Below, in pieces: positions 1-11,579 of a DNA stretch of 64,000 nucleotides. Every line of letters begins with the position of its first letter. Position 1 is the stretch's first letter. Origin of the DNA: Octopus sinensis (Eukaryota); the NCBI RefSeq assembly GCF_006345805.1, contig NC_042998.1, positions 53,568,001 through 53,632,000 on the forward strand, given 5' to 3'. Made by a program: the position numbers and the translations under genes. The notes beneath the pieces were generated by a model. That model saw nothing but the letters and a program-made list of their open reading frames with translations. It did not search any database and was not told the DNA's origin.

Positions 1-626
1 TATCTCCAAATTATTGATTACTTTAATAATCAATTGAAACATATTTTAGAAAGATGTTTATGAAATGGTTAATGTCTCTAGCATCACCATCATCATTTTG
101 ATATCTGCTTTTTCCATGGCGCCATAGTTTGGATAAGACATCGTGAAGTGTTACTCTGTGACTGGATGCCTTCCTGTCATACACATACTTTAGCTTTGCC
201 CTCTTAGAATATAAGATTGCATTTCATAACCAAGACTTTCTGGGATATTTTTATGTTCAACAGAAATACTTTACTATCTGTCCAGTACATTAGGACAGAT
301 CCTCCAAAACAGGATTGTCTTGAGGAAAGAATGATATATGTCAAGCCTTTATGTGTGTGTGTGTAGGTTTGTGCCTATGCTATTTATGTTTACATGACTT
401 TAAAATTAGTATTTCATAACTTAGCCCTTTGACAAACAAAAATCAATAAATTATGTACAGATTGATATGATTGACCAAGTTCTCAAAGGTGATGCCCCAG
501 CGTGGCCACAGTCTATTGACAGAAAAATAATAAAAGAGTAAAAAGAAGACACAACTCAGAACATGTTTTATTCATATTATGACCTCTTCAATGACTCTAC
601 TGAATTTGTCTGCTTTAATAACAAAG

Positions 627-680
627 AGAGAATTACTTACTAACCATACTGGCTGGTATGAACATTTAAATTCGTTTCTG
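627..680 (+). CDS. Candidate internal exon (RELLTNHTGWYEHLNSFL), host gene unidentified
   Basis: acaaAG acceptor, 54-nt open phase 0-0 frame, CTG|gtatgt donor; joins in frame to 1345-1392. No homology recognised. Confidence 0.25.
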
Positions 681-1344
681 GTATGTTTCTATTTGATTAA
701 GCTTCTGTTCCAACGAACAGGTGGTGGCAACAACTAAATTAATTGGAAACTGAAAGTAACTATTTCTAGTAAGTGGATAACGTCTTAAAATATTTATGAA
801 CATGTATTTTTATTGTTTTAGCAAATTAACCCATAAGAGGTGGTACCATTATATTTTTGTCAGTAAAATGTTTGTATAGAATGTCTCAGAATATTGAATA
901 TTCTTTTAGCATTCCAGTCACATTCTTCAACACCTGCTCAGTAAAGTTTGGCTATATATCTCATATTCTGAACTATTACAATCAGTAGACATGCAATGAA
1001 ATACAGTTAGTATATATCTTTATAACTGTTGTCAGAGGAGTTTGGGAATAGTTATCACAGCCTCATGGAGAAGGAAAATGATAAGGAATTAGACATTTTG
1101 CCCCTTTATTTGTTAGTGTCCCTGTATTTCACAGAATGGAAATTTCAATACTGAAAAATATTCCTTTATCCAAAATATGGTATCATTTTACATAGGTTGT
1201 TTTTTTATCTCTATAATATTCTATTGAAGATCCTCCTTATCAATATAAAAATAAAAACCTAAGAATTCAGGGACCAGAATGGTCTGTCAGTAACAACACT
1301 TTTCTTTAAGCTCCTGAAATATTTTGTTTCTTTTATTTGATAAG

Positions 1345-1392
1345 GAGAAACTTTCCCGAAATATTATTGAAACCTTAAACCACCTGTGCAAG
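1345..1392 (+). CDS. Candidate internal exon (EKLSRNIIETLNHLCK)
   Basis: Polypyrimidine tract ttttgtttcttttatttgatAG, 48-nt open phase 0-0 frame, strong AAG|gtaaga donor. No homology recognised. Confidence 0.35.
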
Positions 1393-1810
1393 GTAAGACA
1401 ATGTCATTTCTATATTTATATTTGTTGACACCACCTAACAAATTTTGCTTAATTTTTATCTGTATTGCTCGAAGTGTTTTTTAAACATTTATATTATTTA
1501 TACATTGTAATGCTTCAAGCAAATTACAATACTCCTTTAAATAGGAAACTATTTTTAAGCAGCCTTCGTTTCTTTAGAGAAATGAAGTTTATGAATGCCA
1601 TGATCTATTGTAAAATTTCTAAACCATCCAAATGTAAAAAAACATACCTTTATGTAATCTCTTAGTGGTTTTCATGACCTTGGGTCCTTGAAGTCAATAC
1701 ATCTTTGGACCACTTTACCAGGATTTTGAACTGGAGAAGTGCAGTGCCAAAATATCTACTATAGGGAACCCCCTCTGACATTCTAAGAAACCTGCTAATA
1801 TGATGGTCTA

Positions 1811-2040
1811 GGCTGTGAGCTGGCAGAAACGTTAGCAAGCCAGGTGAAATGCTTAGCAGTATCTCGTCTGCTGTTATGTTCTGAGTTCAAATTCCGCTGA
1901 GGTTGACTTTGCCTTTCATCCTTTCAGGGTCGATAAATAAAGTACTAGTTACGCACTAGGATCGATGTAGTCGACTTGATCCCTTTGTCTGTCCTTGTTT
2001 GTCCCCACTATGTTTAGCCCCTTGTGGGCAATAAAAAAAT
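1811..2040 (+). mobile_element. tRNA-derived SINE, family A
   Basis: Matches recurring motif gagctggcagaaacgttagc...gttctgagttcaaattccgc.gaggt.gactttgcctttcatcc (A/B-box-like), present in more than 15 copies in the window. Confidence 0.85.
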
Positions 2041-3384
2041 GACCTTATTTATTAACCTAAAAAGGGGCAAAAGCAAAATTGTCCTCAGCAAGATTTGAAC
2101 TAGTAATGCAAGGAACATATACCCATAAGATATTTAATCTGACGCCCTGATAACTCAGCTAGTTTCTCATTCTATTAAGACTATCTTCTCATATCAAGAT
2201 TGTTTTTTCTAATTGAAAGGCACTCCTCAGTTATGGTTTGTTACAAAACATATAGGCAAAGCATATTGGAGCAAGTTTAAAAGCACAACACAAGATTGTT
2301 GTCATAGTTAGTAATCTTTAAAATGTAGTACATTTTTTCCCTGCAGGCCAGAGAAATGTATAATTTGTTTCATTTGCCACCAAGTTTCAAGTATAAGTGT
2401 TACTTCATGGTCATCCTAAGAAATAGTAGTAAATCAAAGAGTAGGCATCTGCATAGTAAAGTAAATAATTACAATGTTGGTTAACCAAGTGAGAAAGGAG
2501 GTAGAGAAAGGAGAGAAGAATGAAGAAAAATAAGTTTGAGGGAAGTAGAGTAGGAGGAAATGAGGAAGGAGAAATATGATTTTGAATAACAGAGGTTGTA
2601 AATTTTGCTTTGAGAATGTTTTATGAGTCTTTTACAGAAGTGGCAGGAATTTTGACAATGTAAATTTCATCAGTGGCTGTTATAAACTAAAATGTGTATT
2701 TTCTTACCCTAATATATAGACGGCTATTGTTGTCTTAGATGAATTAGATAACAAAACCAATTTTTCATTTGTTATAAATGTCTTGTTTCATTGTTATTGA
2801 TTTTCTTGTCTAATCATTTTCCTTTTTTTTTTAAATAATATATCGAGATTGTTTTTAAATGTATCTATTATAAAAATTAGCTTCAATATTATCTACATTT
2901 TCCATTAATTTATCTTCCAAACACACAAGAGAAATGCATAATTCACCTTATTTGTATGAGTTTCAAATATATATAAGGGTTATGTTGTGGCTATAATATC
3001 TCAGAAAGATAGCTTAACAGTGGCAGTAGATATGATATAGTAGACATTTGCATAATATCCTGAATTAATGATCAATTACATGAAGGTGTAGCTTTGTTGA
3101 ACATTAAGACATTGGACATATAATTCAACTAAAAATACCCAAATTTGCTTCCATATACATTAATGGGGTTAAAGTTGATGCACATATGGAGGTAAAGATT
3201 TAAACTTGGCAGTGACTATTGTTAGGAATTGCTTGATGAGTCAGATTTCCAAACAGATATTATTTATAACAAATCTGCTGCTGAAAGCTGAATGTAATAG
3301 AATTGGATTTTTATAATGTATTAGTGTGATGGAAGAGAAATTTGGCTGCTGTTTCTAGCAGCTAATATGAAGATATGACACAAG

Positions 3385-3620
3385 GTGGCAAGCTGGCAGA
3401 ATCATTAGTATGCAGAGAAAATGCTTTGTGGCATTTCATTGGTCTTTATGTTCTGAGTTCAGAATTTGAATTCAGAATGTAATTTAAATTCTACCAAGGT
3501 CAGCTTTGCCTTTTGTCCTTTTGGAGTTGTTAAAATAAGTACTAGTTATTTACTGAGGTTGATGTAATTGTCTTGCCCCTCCTCCAAAATTTCTGGCCTT
3601 GTGCCAAAATCTGAAACCAA
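3385..3620 (+). mobile_element. tRNA-derived SINE, family A
   Basis: Same consensus motifs, diverged. Confidence 0.75.
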
Positions 3621-3679
3621 TATTTATCAGTAATACTCTTTGGGACACACCAATGGAATTTAGGACCATATCATATATA

Positions 3680-3870
3680 TGTGGCATAGTGCTGTGTACT
3701 CTAGAGTACAGCACCCAAAATAAGAAATGATCAGAGAAGCTAAAGAGAGTGGTATTGGATGCAAGAGTCCCTTTGGGTCCTGACTCTGTTATTATGTGCC
3801 CCCACTGTAACCATGGATTTTATGCAAATATTGGCTTAATTAGCCACCTCAGGACCAACAAAATGTAATG
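3680..3870 (+). mobile_element. RTE-clade LINE 3' remnant with C2H2 finger
   Basis: 3794-3868 translates MCPHCNHGFYANIGLISHLRTNKM*, the typical terminal CxxC...IGLxSHxR finger of RTE ORFs. Confidence 0.75.
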
Positions 3871-4104
3871 CTGTTGAAGGCCAAATGTCACATTTAATAA
3901 CCAGGATCAAACACTCATTTTTACACGAGCTAACAAAGAAGACTCTATGAAGTTGCTTGAGCTACTCTTTTACAATGCTCCCAGCTAGAATGTCGAAAGC
4001 CTGATAACATAGATATGCTATATTAAGGCTCATCCAGAGATAAACAACAACAGTGGCAGCAGCAGCAGCAACAACAGCAACAGTAGCAACAATAGCAACA
4101 ACAA

Positions 4105-4315
4105 CAACAATGGTTTCAAATTTTACCACAAGGGCATCAATTTCGGGTGAGGGGATGAGTCAATTACATTGACCCCAGTGTTCAACTGCTACTTATTTTA
4201 TTGACCCCAAAAAAGAGGAAAAGTAAGGTTGACCTCGGCAGAATTTGAACTCAGAACGTAGCAATGGGCTAAGCATTTCATCCAACTCACTAACAATTCT
4301 GCCAGCTCACCACCT
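4105..4315 (-). mobile_element. SINE family A (reverse)
   Basis: Reverse complement of consensus (cagaatttgaactcagaacgta, gttgacctcggc). Confidence 0.75.
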
Positions 4316-4319
4316 TAAC

Positions 4320-4430
4320 AATGGTGGTGGTGGTAGTGGTGGTGGTGGTAGCGGCGGCGGCGGTGGCGGCGGCGGGGGCGGCGGCGGCGGCGGTGGCGGT
4401 GGTGGTGGGGATGGTGGGGATGATGATGCT
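4320..4430. repeat. (GGT/GGC)n microsatellite
   Basis: Visible trinucleotide run; source of the poly-G and poly-P ORFs. Confidence 0.95.
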
Positions 4431-4859
4431 GCAAGAACCCTACTTCCCTGTTTCAGTGTCCAAATTCCACTCATAATTATTGGATATATCAATTATCACT
4501 GACAGCTGAAAGAGATGGAATAGCAATTACTTATTTTTAATTTGGTAAAATGCCATAATATTTTGGACAAAGAGAAATGACAGTTTACTTGCACTGCAAA
4601 TGTAACTAAAGGGACAATTGTAATCAAATCATAGAAGCTATTGAGATCTATAAGTTGACAATAATATTTACTGTAATAATGACTTTTCAGTTATGTATGT
4701 GTATGTGGTCTTAAAGATGAATAATTAGACAAGAACAATGAGAATGTTGGTGTTTGGAAAAATCTGTGTAAATCTGCCACTTAGGCAACATGTGGCAATT
4801 TTTACTACCCAAGACACAAACTCAACTAATTAAAATTTCACTGTTTTTTTTTTCTTCTT

Positions 4860-5280
4860 TGGAGAAGTTTCTAAAATGGATAGAGAAATTCAAAGGATCG
4901 CTTTGATATGATGGTAGAACATCTGCCATGTTTATTGAAGATGTGGGTTCAAGTCCCATGAGGAGCGTTTGACTTATTCTATCTGTAAAGGTTTTTTAGC
5001 CCAATATTTACATGCTTTTATTTACAGCTTTATGTGCTTTGAGATGCACAGCTCCAAAAAAGGAATTATTACACATCCATTGTTCTTTCTGAAGTTTCTA
5101 AATTCTTAAGACATCAACTACATATTATTTTCACTGGTTAGAATGAAGTTGCTAAAAGAATAGAGAAATTCAAAGAAATTCTTTGGTCAAAAAGTGTACA
5201 AGAGATTTGAGTTTGAGTACTACAGGCAGTCTTTGACATTTTCTATCCAAAAGGGTTTCAACCAAATATTTACAGGTGCA
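4860..5280 (+). repeat. Diverged two-copy tandem unit containing a tRNA-like segment (4900-4966)
   Basis: gaagtt.ctaaaa...atagagaaattcaaag...aatatttaca at about 4863-5012 and 5135-5273; the first copy has tggtagaac (A box) and ggttcaagtccc (B box). Confidence 0.55.
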
Positions 5281-5420
5281 GGTGTAGCTTTGTGTTAAGA
5301 AGCTTGCTTCCTAACTATATAGTTCTGGATTCAGTTCCACTGCATGGCACTTGGGAAAATGTCTTCTACTATAGCCTCAGGCCTTGTGAATGGATTTGAT
5401 AGATAGAAACTGAAAGAAAG
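5272..5420 (+). mobile_element. SINE family B, 5' part
   Basis: gttcagttccactgcatggcacttggg...gtcttctactatagcctc...aaactgaaagaa motif. Confidence 0.75.
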
Positions 5421-5500
5421 CTGTTGTTTTTTGAAAAAATAATTTCTTTTTAAAATTACCTTTACACTTCAAATACTATCAACCTCACCTTCAAATACGG

Positions 5501-7355
5501 ACACACTAGAAAAAAAAAAAACTTCTTCTCAAAAATAGTTAGTAACATTCTCATAAAAGATTTCATAACATTTTTTAAAAAATTATATTTTAAAAAAAGT
5601 CACCTTTGCACTTCAAAAACTGTATTAAATAATCCTCATAGACTGTCAAATATTTAAACCACTGATACACAACCAAGATGGCACTGATCAGATCGAAATC
5701 AACGACAAATCTGAACTCAAGTGACAGAATTTTGGAGGAAATTTCAAACAAAGTAACAATCCTCACAAGCAAATATAACTCACATCACTATTTTGGGAAA
5801 TGGAAGAACAAACTCATATTTACAGAGAAAAAGTAGAAATCCTGCTAACATTAAAACACACTACTGAAACTCTAAATACAATCTCCATTACTCCACCAAC
5901 AACAGAACGTTCCAATACACAAGATATCTTTAAGGAATAGAATGAAATTCATTTGGAGAATGAAGCACTCAAGAAAATGAACCAGATGAAAGAGATATGG
6001 TATAATCTATGAAATCAAAGAAAAGAAGCATTTTGGAAAGCAATCAGAAATGGAAATTTAACAAACACATATGCACAATTGATAAACCAAGAACCGGTGA
6101 TTTTCCTACAAAAATTCCATCCCAAAAATATCACATTAGAACCAAATGAAGAAATGAAAATCAGAATAAATCTTGTGCACCAAAGGTTCGAAGCAGAGAT
6201 CAACATTCTAAAGCTTTACATGCCTCACTTTAAAGAGAAATTTGAGAAATGTGACAGCTTAGTGCAAAAAAGAAATCTCCAAACAAACCAATGGAAAATT
6301 GCATGAAAAACTATTGGACTTATGGAAAAAAAGACATAGAGATACAAAAAGCCAAATTGAATAAAATACTCAAGTCAAAAACTCGATGGCTGCAAAACTA
6401 CAAGCCTGATTACAGAACAGAATTAATGAGAACAAATAATCCTTTCTACTATAGGCACTCAAGATAGGTGTGAAATACTCAAGATAGGTGTAAAAATGAA
6501 AATACAAATACAATTATTCCATTTGTAGTCACCCACAATCCTAGAAGCCACAGCATTTGGCACTCAGCCAAACGATACTTTCCAATTCTACATCAATTAG
6601 CAAATTTTCAACGAATAATTAAAAAATCACAAATTATCAACGACTGAAGACAATAACCTAACATCAAGAGACTTCTAACAAAGGCAAGATTCACATTTGC
6701 AAAAGACACGATGCAAGTAACCAACTGTGGAGAACCCCAGTTGAGGGACATGTGAATAAATTGAGCAAGGGACAACCAAAAGACTCAAGAATGGGAAGGA
6801 ATTAAAAGTAAATGCAAACATGAATTGCAGAACAAAAAACCTCATCTACTGCAACACATGTCCACAATGCAATGAAAACTACATTGGGGAGACAGGAAGG
6901 AAACTGATCATCCATGTAAATGTTTATAAACAACAAATTAGGAATTCATCTCTTAAGAGTGTCCCATGCAGTGAACATATAGATATCTGTGCAAATGGAA
7001 AATTTAAAATATTCCCATTTTACAAAATAAACGATGAAAATGTACAACTATGAAATGCAAAAGAAAAATATTTTATAAGACTTCTGAATCCAAAATTAAA
7101 CTGAAAATAGCCAACACTCCATATAGCAAACAATGGTAAAAGAATATTATGACTAATACCATAAGTCTGAAAATAAATCAGAAATAATAGTACCACTACC
7201 ACAAAAATAACTTCCTCTTTAAGAGCACATGTGTTTGAAATGGTTTAATGAAAGCACTCACACACTAGAAAAAAACTTCTGAAAAAAAGGTTAGTAACAT
7301 CTTCATAACAGATTTCATAACATTTTTCATAAAAAGCACATTTGCACTCATAGAC

Positions 7356-7360
<5 letters not shown>
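5501..7360 (+). mobile_element. Penelope-like element, internally deleted (no RT core), with direct terminal repeats
   Basis: Direct repeats acacactagaaaa...gttagtaacat...gatttcataaca...ctcatagact at 5501-5648 and 7260-7360; post-RT linker IIPFVVTHNP and RQxPNIKRLLTKARF; GIY-YIG domain. Confidence 0.85.
6820..7104 (+). pseudogene. GIY-YIG endonuclease of the Penelope-like element, with an in-frame stop
   Basis: NLIYCNTCPQCNENYIGETGR...HI...KIFPFYKI...QL*NAKEKYFIRLLNPKLN*; TGA at 7051-7053 interrupts the frame. Confidence 0.85.
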
Positions 7361-7404
<44 letters not shown>

Positions 7405-7406
<2 letters not shown>

Positions 7407-7680
7407 ATTGCAGCATGGGAGATATTTGTAAGCTATTCAAGAACACACAAAAACTGTTAGTTTCACTTCAACATTTAATTTTCATTTGTGTCAAAATATT
7501 TTCATCACTTTGAAGCTATGGCATGTTCACTGACAAAACTTGGTGCTGCATTTCAAGTTTTGTCAGTGAACATGTCGCAGCTCCAAAGTGATGAAAATAT
7601 TTTAACACAAATGAAAATTATATGTTGAAGTGAAACTAATGGTTTTTGTGTGTTCTTGAATGGCTTCCATACTGCAATTG
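7405..7680. repeat. Fold-back element (about 135-bp arms, 11-nt loop) carrying hammerhead-like motifs
   Basis: 7405-7542 is the reverse complement of 7554-7680, with some mismatches. Confidence 0.9.
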
Positions 7681-7739
7681 CTTTTGTTTCAGCACACAAT
7701 CACAGATCAAGTCACTTCCTATGCAAGTACATCTCCGTA

Positions 7740-7783
<44 letters not shown>

Positions 7784-7891
7784 CAAAATGGGACTAGAAC
7801 ACAAAACATCTGGACAGCTAGGTGATACAAAAAGAGACAACAAAACATCCAGATAGACGATACAAAGAAAACAAGGATGGATCATTCGAAA

Positions 7892-8373
7892 TTTTCTTTC
7901 CTCAGTCAAGCACCAGATTATCCTCGCAATTTTGGCTGATTATTCTTGAGATTGCTCCAATCTGGCCAGCCCCAAGGAAAAACTAAGCTAAAAGCATTAG
8001 ATTCCTTGGAAGAAAGCAGTGAATGTATACAAAAACAAGGACAGAAAAAACGGACAATGTTACACAAATATAAATACAATAAAAATAATAACAGGACATA
8101 ACAACAGGTGTCTTTCGCCTAAGGACAAATTGAATTAAGCTGGCATGTGCGAAAATGAAGCCTTACGGCAGAGATACATTTTGATTGTATCTATATTTGT
8201 GTAACATTGTCTGTTTTTTTCTGTCCTTGTTTTTGTATACATTCGCTGCTTTTTTCAAAGGAATCTAATGCTCTTAGCTTAGTTTTTCCTTGGGGCTGGC
8301 CAAATTGGAGCAATCTCAAGAATAATCAGCCGAAATTGCAAGGATAATCTGTTTCTTGACTGAGGAAAGAAAA
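7892..8373. repeat. Inverted repeat element (about 195-bp arms, about 90-bp spacer)
   Basis: 7892-8086 versus 8178-8373 reverse complement; the left copy extends further, to about 7785. Confidence 0.9.
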
Positions 8374-9429
8374 CTCTCTGTTCCTTTGATGAGACACAAT
8401 TCTTGTGGAATTTGGGAGTCGTTAGATTCTTAGTGTTCATACAAATGTTGTAGGTCAGCTTCACTCTCCCCACATACCCATAGTGTGGCAGAAAAGAGAT
8501 GACACACCAAGGATCAACACTCAAGCCAATATTTCTGATGATAATCATAGTATTTCTGAGACCTGTGTATTGTGGCACCATCCTGTGGGCAGGCTTATTG
8601 CACATCATTTCTACCTGCCTCCTCACCACATCTTCAGGCTTAAAACTTTGGCACATGCCTTCTTATACTCTGCCTCAGTTGATATAGTCTACATATGGTC
8701 ATACATTGATCAAGGATTCATGTAACTCTTCATTTGAGAGAACATATGGAAGCCCTTTGTGTCTTTGAAAACATCTTTTCTTGAATCAGGGAAAGAAGTA
8801 CTAGTTTTTGTGATATATAGTATCCACTCTTTTATTTTCTTAAGCTGGCTCAAGTCTAGTCTCTCCTTTTGACTCACAACAGTTGTGAAGGATGTAATGT
8901 TGTTGTTTGTATTGAATTGTATCTTTCTTTCCAAATTAATGATCCCAACAATATTTTCCTTTTGTGTGTATGTGTGTGTGTGTGTGTGTGTATCATTTAT
9001 TGTATAAATAAGTATAAATGCTGAAGTTTGAAGCTCTGTATGTTAAATGTTTATGAATGTGTGTGTGTATGTTTGCTTGTGTGTGCAAATGGGTTTAGAT
9101 TCTGTATGTTTATTTAAAAAAAATTGAGGAATATTTGTTGAAACTGTTGCTGCTATCACAATGGTGAACACACCAATTCCTGCTACTTCTGAGGCAGCTA
9201 TGTTTTCAAGTTGTGTAAGTACTGCAAATAGTAATAGATATGAATATATAAACAATTAAAAATATCAAGACAAAATTTTTGGCTACACCAAGTAATGGAG
9301 TAAACCCTCAAACTATCCAACAAGTCATCTTTTGGTAAAAACCGGTACAAAAAGTACCTTTTTTAGAGAAATCAAATCATGTTGAAACTTTCTCTCTCTT
9401 GGAACTATCCATTTGCTTGAACATGCACA

Positions 9430-9516
9430 ACAATAATAATAATGATAATAATAACAGTAATAATAGCAACAACAATGACAATGATGATGACCACTATGAA
9501 CAACAATAACAACCAA

Positions 9517-9554
<38 letters not shown>

Positions 9555-9720
9555 TGATGGTGGTGGTGGTGGTAGTGGTGGTGGTGGTGGTGGTGGTGGT
9601 GGTGGTGGCGGTGGTGGTGGCGGTGGTGGTGGTGGTGTTGGTGGTGGTGTTGGTGGTGGTGGTGGTGGTTTATTTTAATTATCAGTGTCATTATTATTAT
9701 TGTTGTTGTTGTTGTTGGTT
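9430..9720. repeat. Compound (AAT)/(GGT)/(TTG) microsatellite
   Basis: Visible runs. Confidence 0.95.
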
Positions 9721-10059
9721 CTAATGTTGGTACAAATAAAGTTAAAAGTGCAAATTTTCAGATAATGGAATATTAATTGAACAAAAAAGAGGAAAGTTTA
9801 AATTATATTTAATCTAATATTGCTGCAAAGAACAAAAAGAAAGGAAAAATAAAAGACCATGAGTAAAATAGATTAATATTATATCTAATTTGATGTAAGC
9901 AGAACATCTGACGACTTAAGTTGTTAATTACATCATTTAAGTCGTGAACATTTCATTTACAGAAATGACAAGATAAACAACAAACTAATAAATAAAAGAT
10001 GATTAATATAAAGAAGATAATGAAGAAATCATGATAACTGGTGAAAGTGAGAAGGGAGA

Positions 10060-10101
10060 GGACAGCAGTGAAGATGATGAAGGGCAGGAGGGAGACCATG
10101 A

Positions 10102-10135
<34 letters not shown>

Positions 10136-10294
10136 GGTGTTGACGATGGCAGCAATGATGATAATGATGATGAAAATGATGGCAATGACAATAATGGTGA
10201 TGACAATAATGGTGATGATGATGATGATGATGATGATGACAATGATGATGACAACAATGGTAGTGTTGGTGATGATGATAACAATATTGACATC

Positions 10295-10327
<33 letters not shown>

Positions 10328-10380
10328 AGTGGTGATGGTGATGGTGACAATGATACTGTTGATGGTGATGATGCATTACT
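10060..10380. repeat. Degenerate (GAT)n microsatellite
   Basis: Visible; source of the poly-D, poly-M, poly-H and poly-S ORFs. Confidence 0.95.
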
Positions 10381-10617
10381 GCCTCTGTCACCATTGCCAA
10401 TGACACCACAACCCCACCCACCAAAGGATGTTTTCCAAGTGAGATTACAACGATCCAGTGGAAATTGGATATCAGCTTTCCTCACTATAGCACTCACTTG
10501 CTTTCTTTCTTATAACCTCTTTGCAAATAGATAAGAATCACGATGCTATAAATCTAAGATTCTGAGAGGTGAACCTTGATTTTCTGTTTACATATGTGAC
10601 ATTTACATGACAAATTC

Positions 10618-11520
10618 TTCCTTCTTCTTCATGAGCAAAATCCCAAACATAAGTAATTATGGAACCTCTATGCCAGTGATTCTCAACCATGGTCCATATA
10701 TACCCTGATGATTCATGTAAGATATTTGGGGTTTCACATTAAATTGGGGACACACAGTGGGATTTTAAGGGCCCATGAAAAACTTTTTTAAATAGTAACT
10801 TGGGGATCCACAGAAAGTATTTTAAATTATCAGTTGCCATCTATGTGGCCCCTGGAGGCCAATGTGACTTTTGGGATCCACATAAACAAAATAGTAAATT
10901 GAGGACTCACAGTAGTATTTTAAATTACCATCTGGGGTCCATATGGTCCCTGGAGATCCATGTGATTTTTGGGGTCTGCACAAACAAAATGGTAAATTAG
11001 GGATTATCATATTCTCAGGGTCCATGAAAAAGATGTTACTTTGGATGTATTTATTGTAAGAAACAGCTAGGATCCTTTCTCTAACATTTTACATAGTTAA
11101 TGTGTGAAAAACAAAATAGGAATTTTTAAAGAAGCTTCTTAGAAAACTAGTTTTTGAGCATCAAATGGCTTTGGGGCTCCATCAGAATAGAACAGTAATC
11201 AAAGGGGTCCACAGATAAAAAATGCTTGAGAACCACTGCTCTTTGCCTTCCTGTCTTCCACACACTGTATAAAATTATTGGGTCTGTCTTTCTGTTGGCA
11301 GCTTCTAAACCCAGCAAGTATGTTTTCTCTTTGTCTCACCCAGTTCCTTCTTTCTTTCTATGTTCCAGTTACAATCAAATGTTCTAGATTTCTGTCATCT
11401 CATCTGATGTCCAATGAACTTAACCTGTTGCCTATTTATGTTGAGAATTTTGCTGATGATTTCCATCTCTAGTAAACTCCATGAGCCTTCAGATTTAGTA
11501 AAAGATAAGTATCAATAAAT
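10618..11520 (-). mobile_element. RTE LINE 3' remnant interrupted by a hAT MITE
   Basis: Minus strand gives KFIGHQMR / LEHLIVTG.IE / RQRENILAG (with frameshifts) and ends tgaagaagaagg at about 10620. Confidence 0.55.
10674..11238. mobile_element. Non-autonomous hAT-type element (MITE)
   Basis: TIRs cagtgattctcaa / ttgagaaccactg; 8-bp TSD ctctatgc (10666-73) / ctctttgc (11239-46); many subterminal gggtcca-like motifs. Confidence 0.85.
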
Positions 11521-11579
11521 AAATAACAAACACATTGCACATTACTAGTGGGGCCCGTGAAAATTCCATGTTTAAATAT

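Noticed and set aside
4245-4502. Gly-rich and Pro-rich ORFs (also 9442-9691, 12427-12714)
   Set aside because: Trinucleotide microsatellite translations.
10003-10534. 131-167 aa ORFs rich in D, S, H or M (for example 10031-10534, with a hydrophobic C-terminus)
   Set aside because: They are read-throughs of a (GAT)n microsatellite open in several frames on both strands; no splice or homology support.
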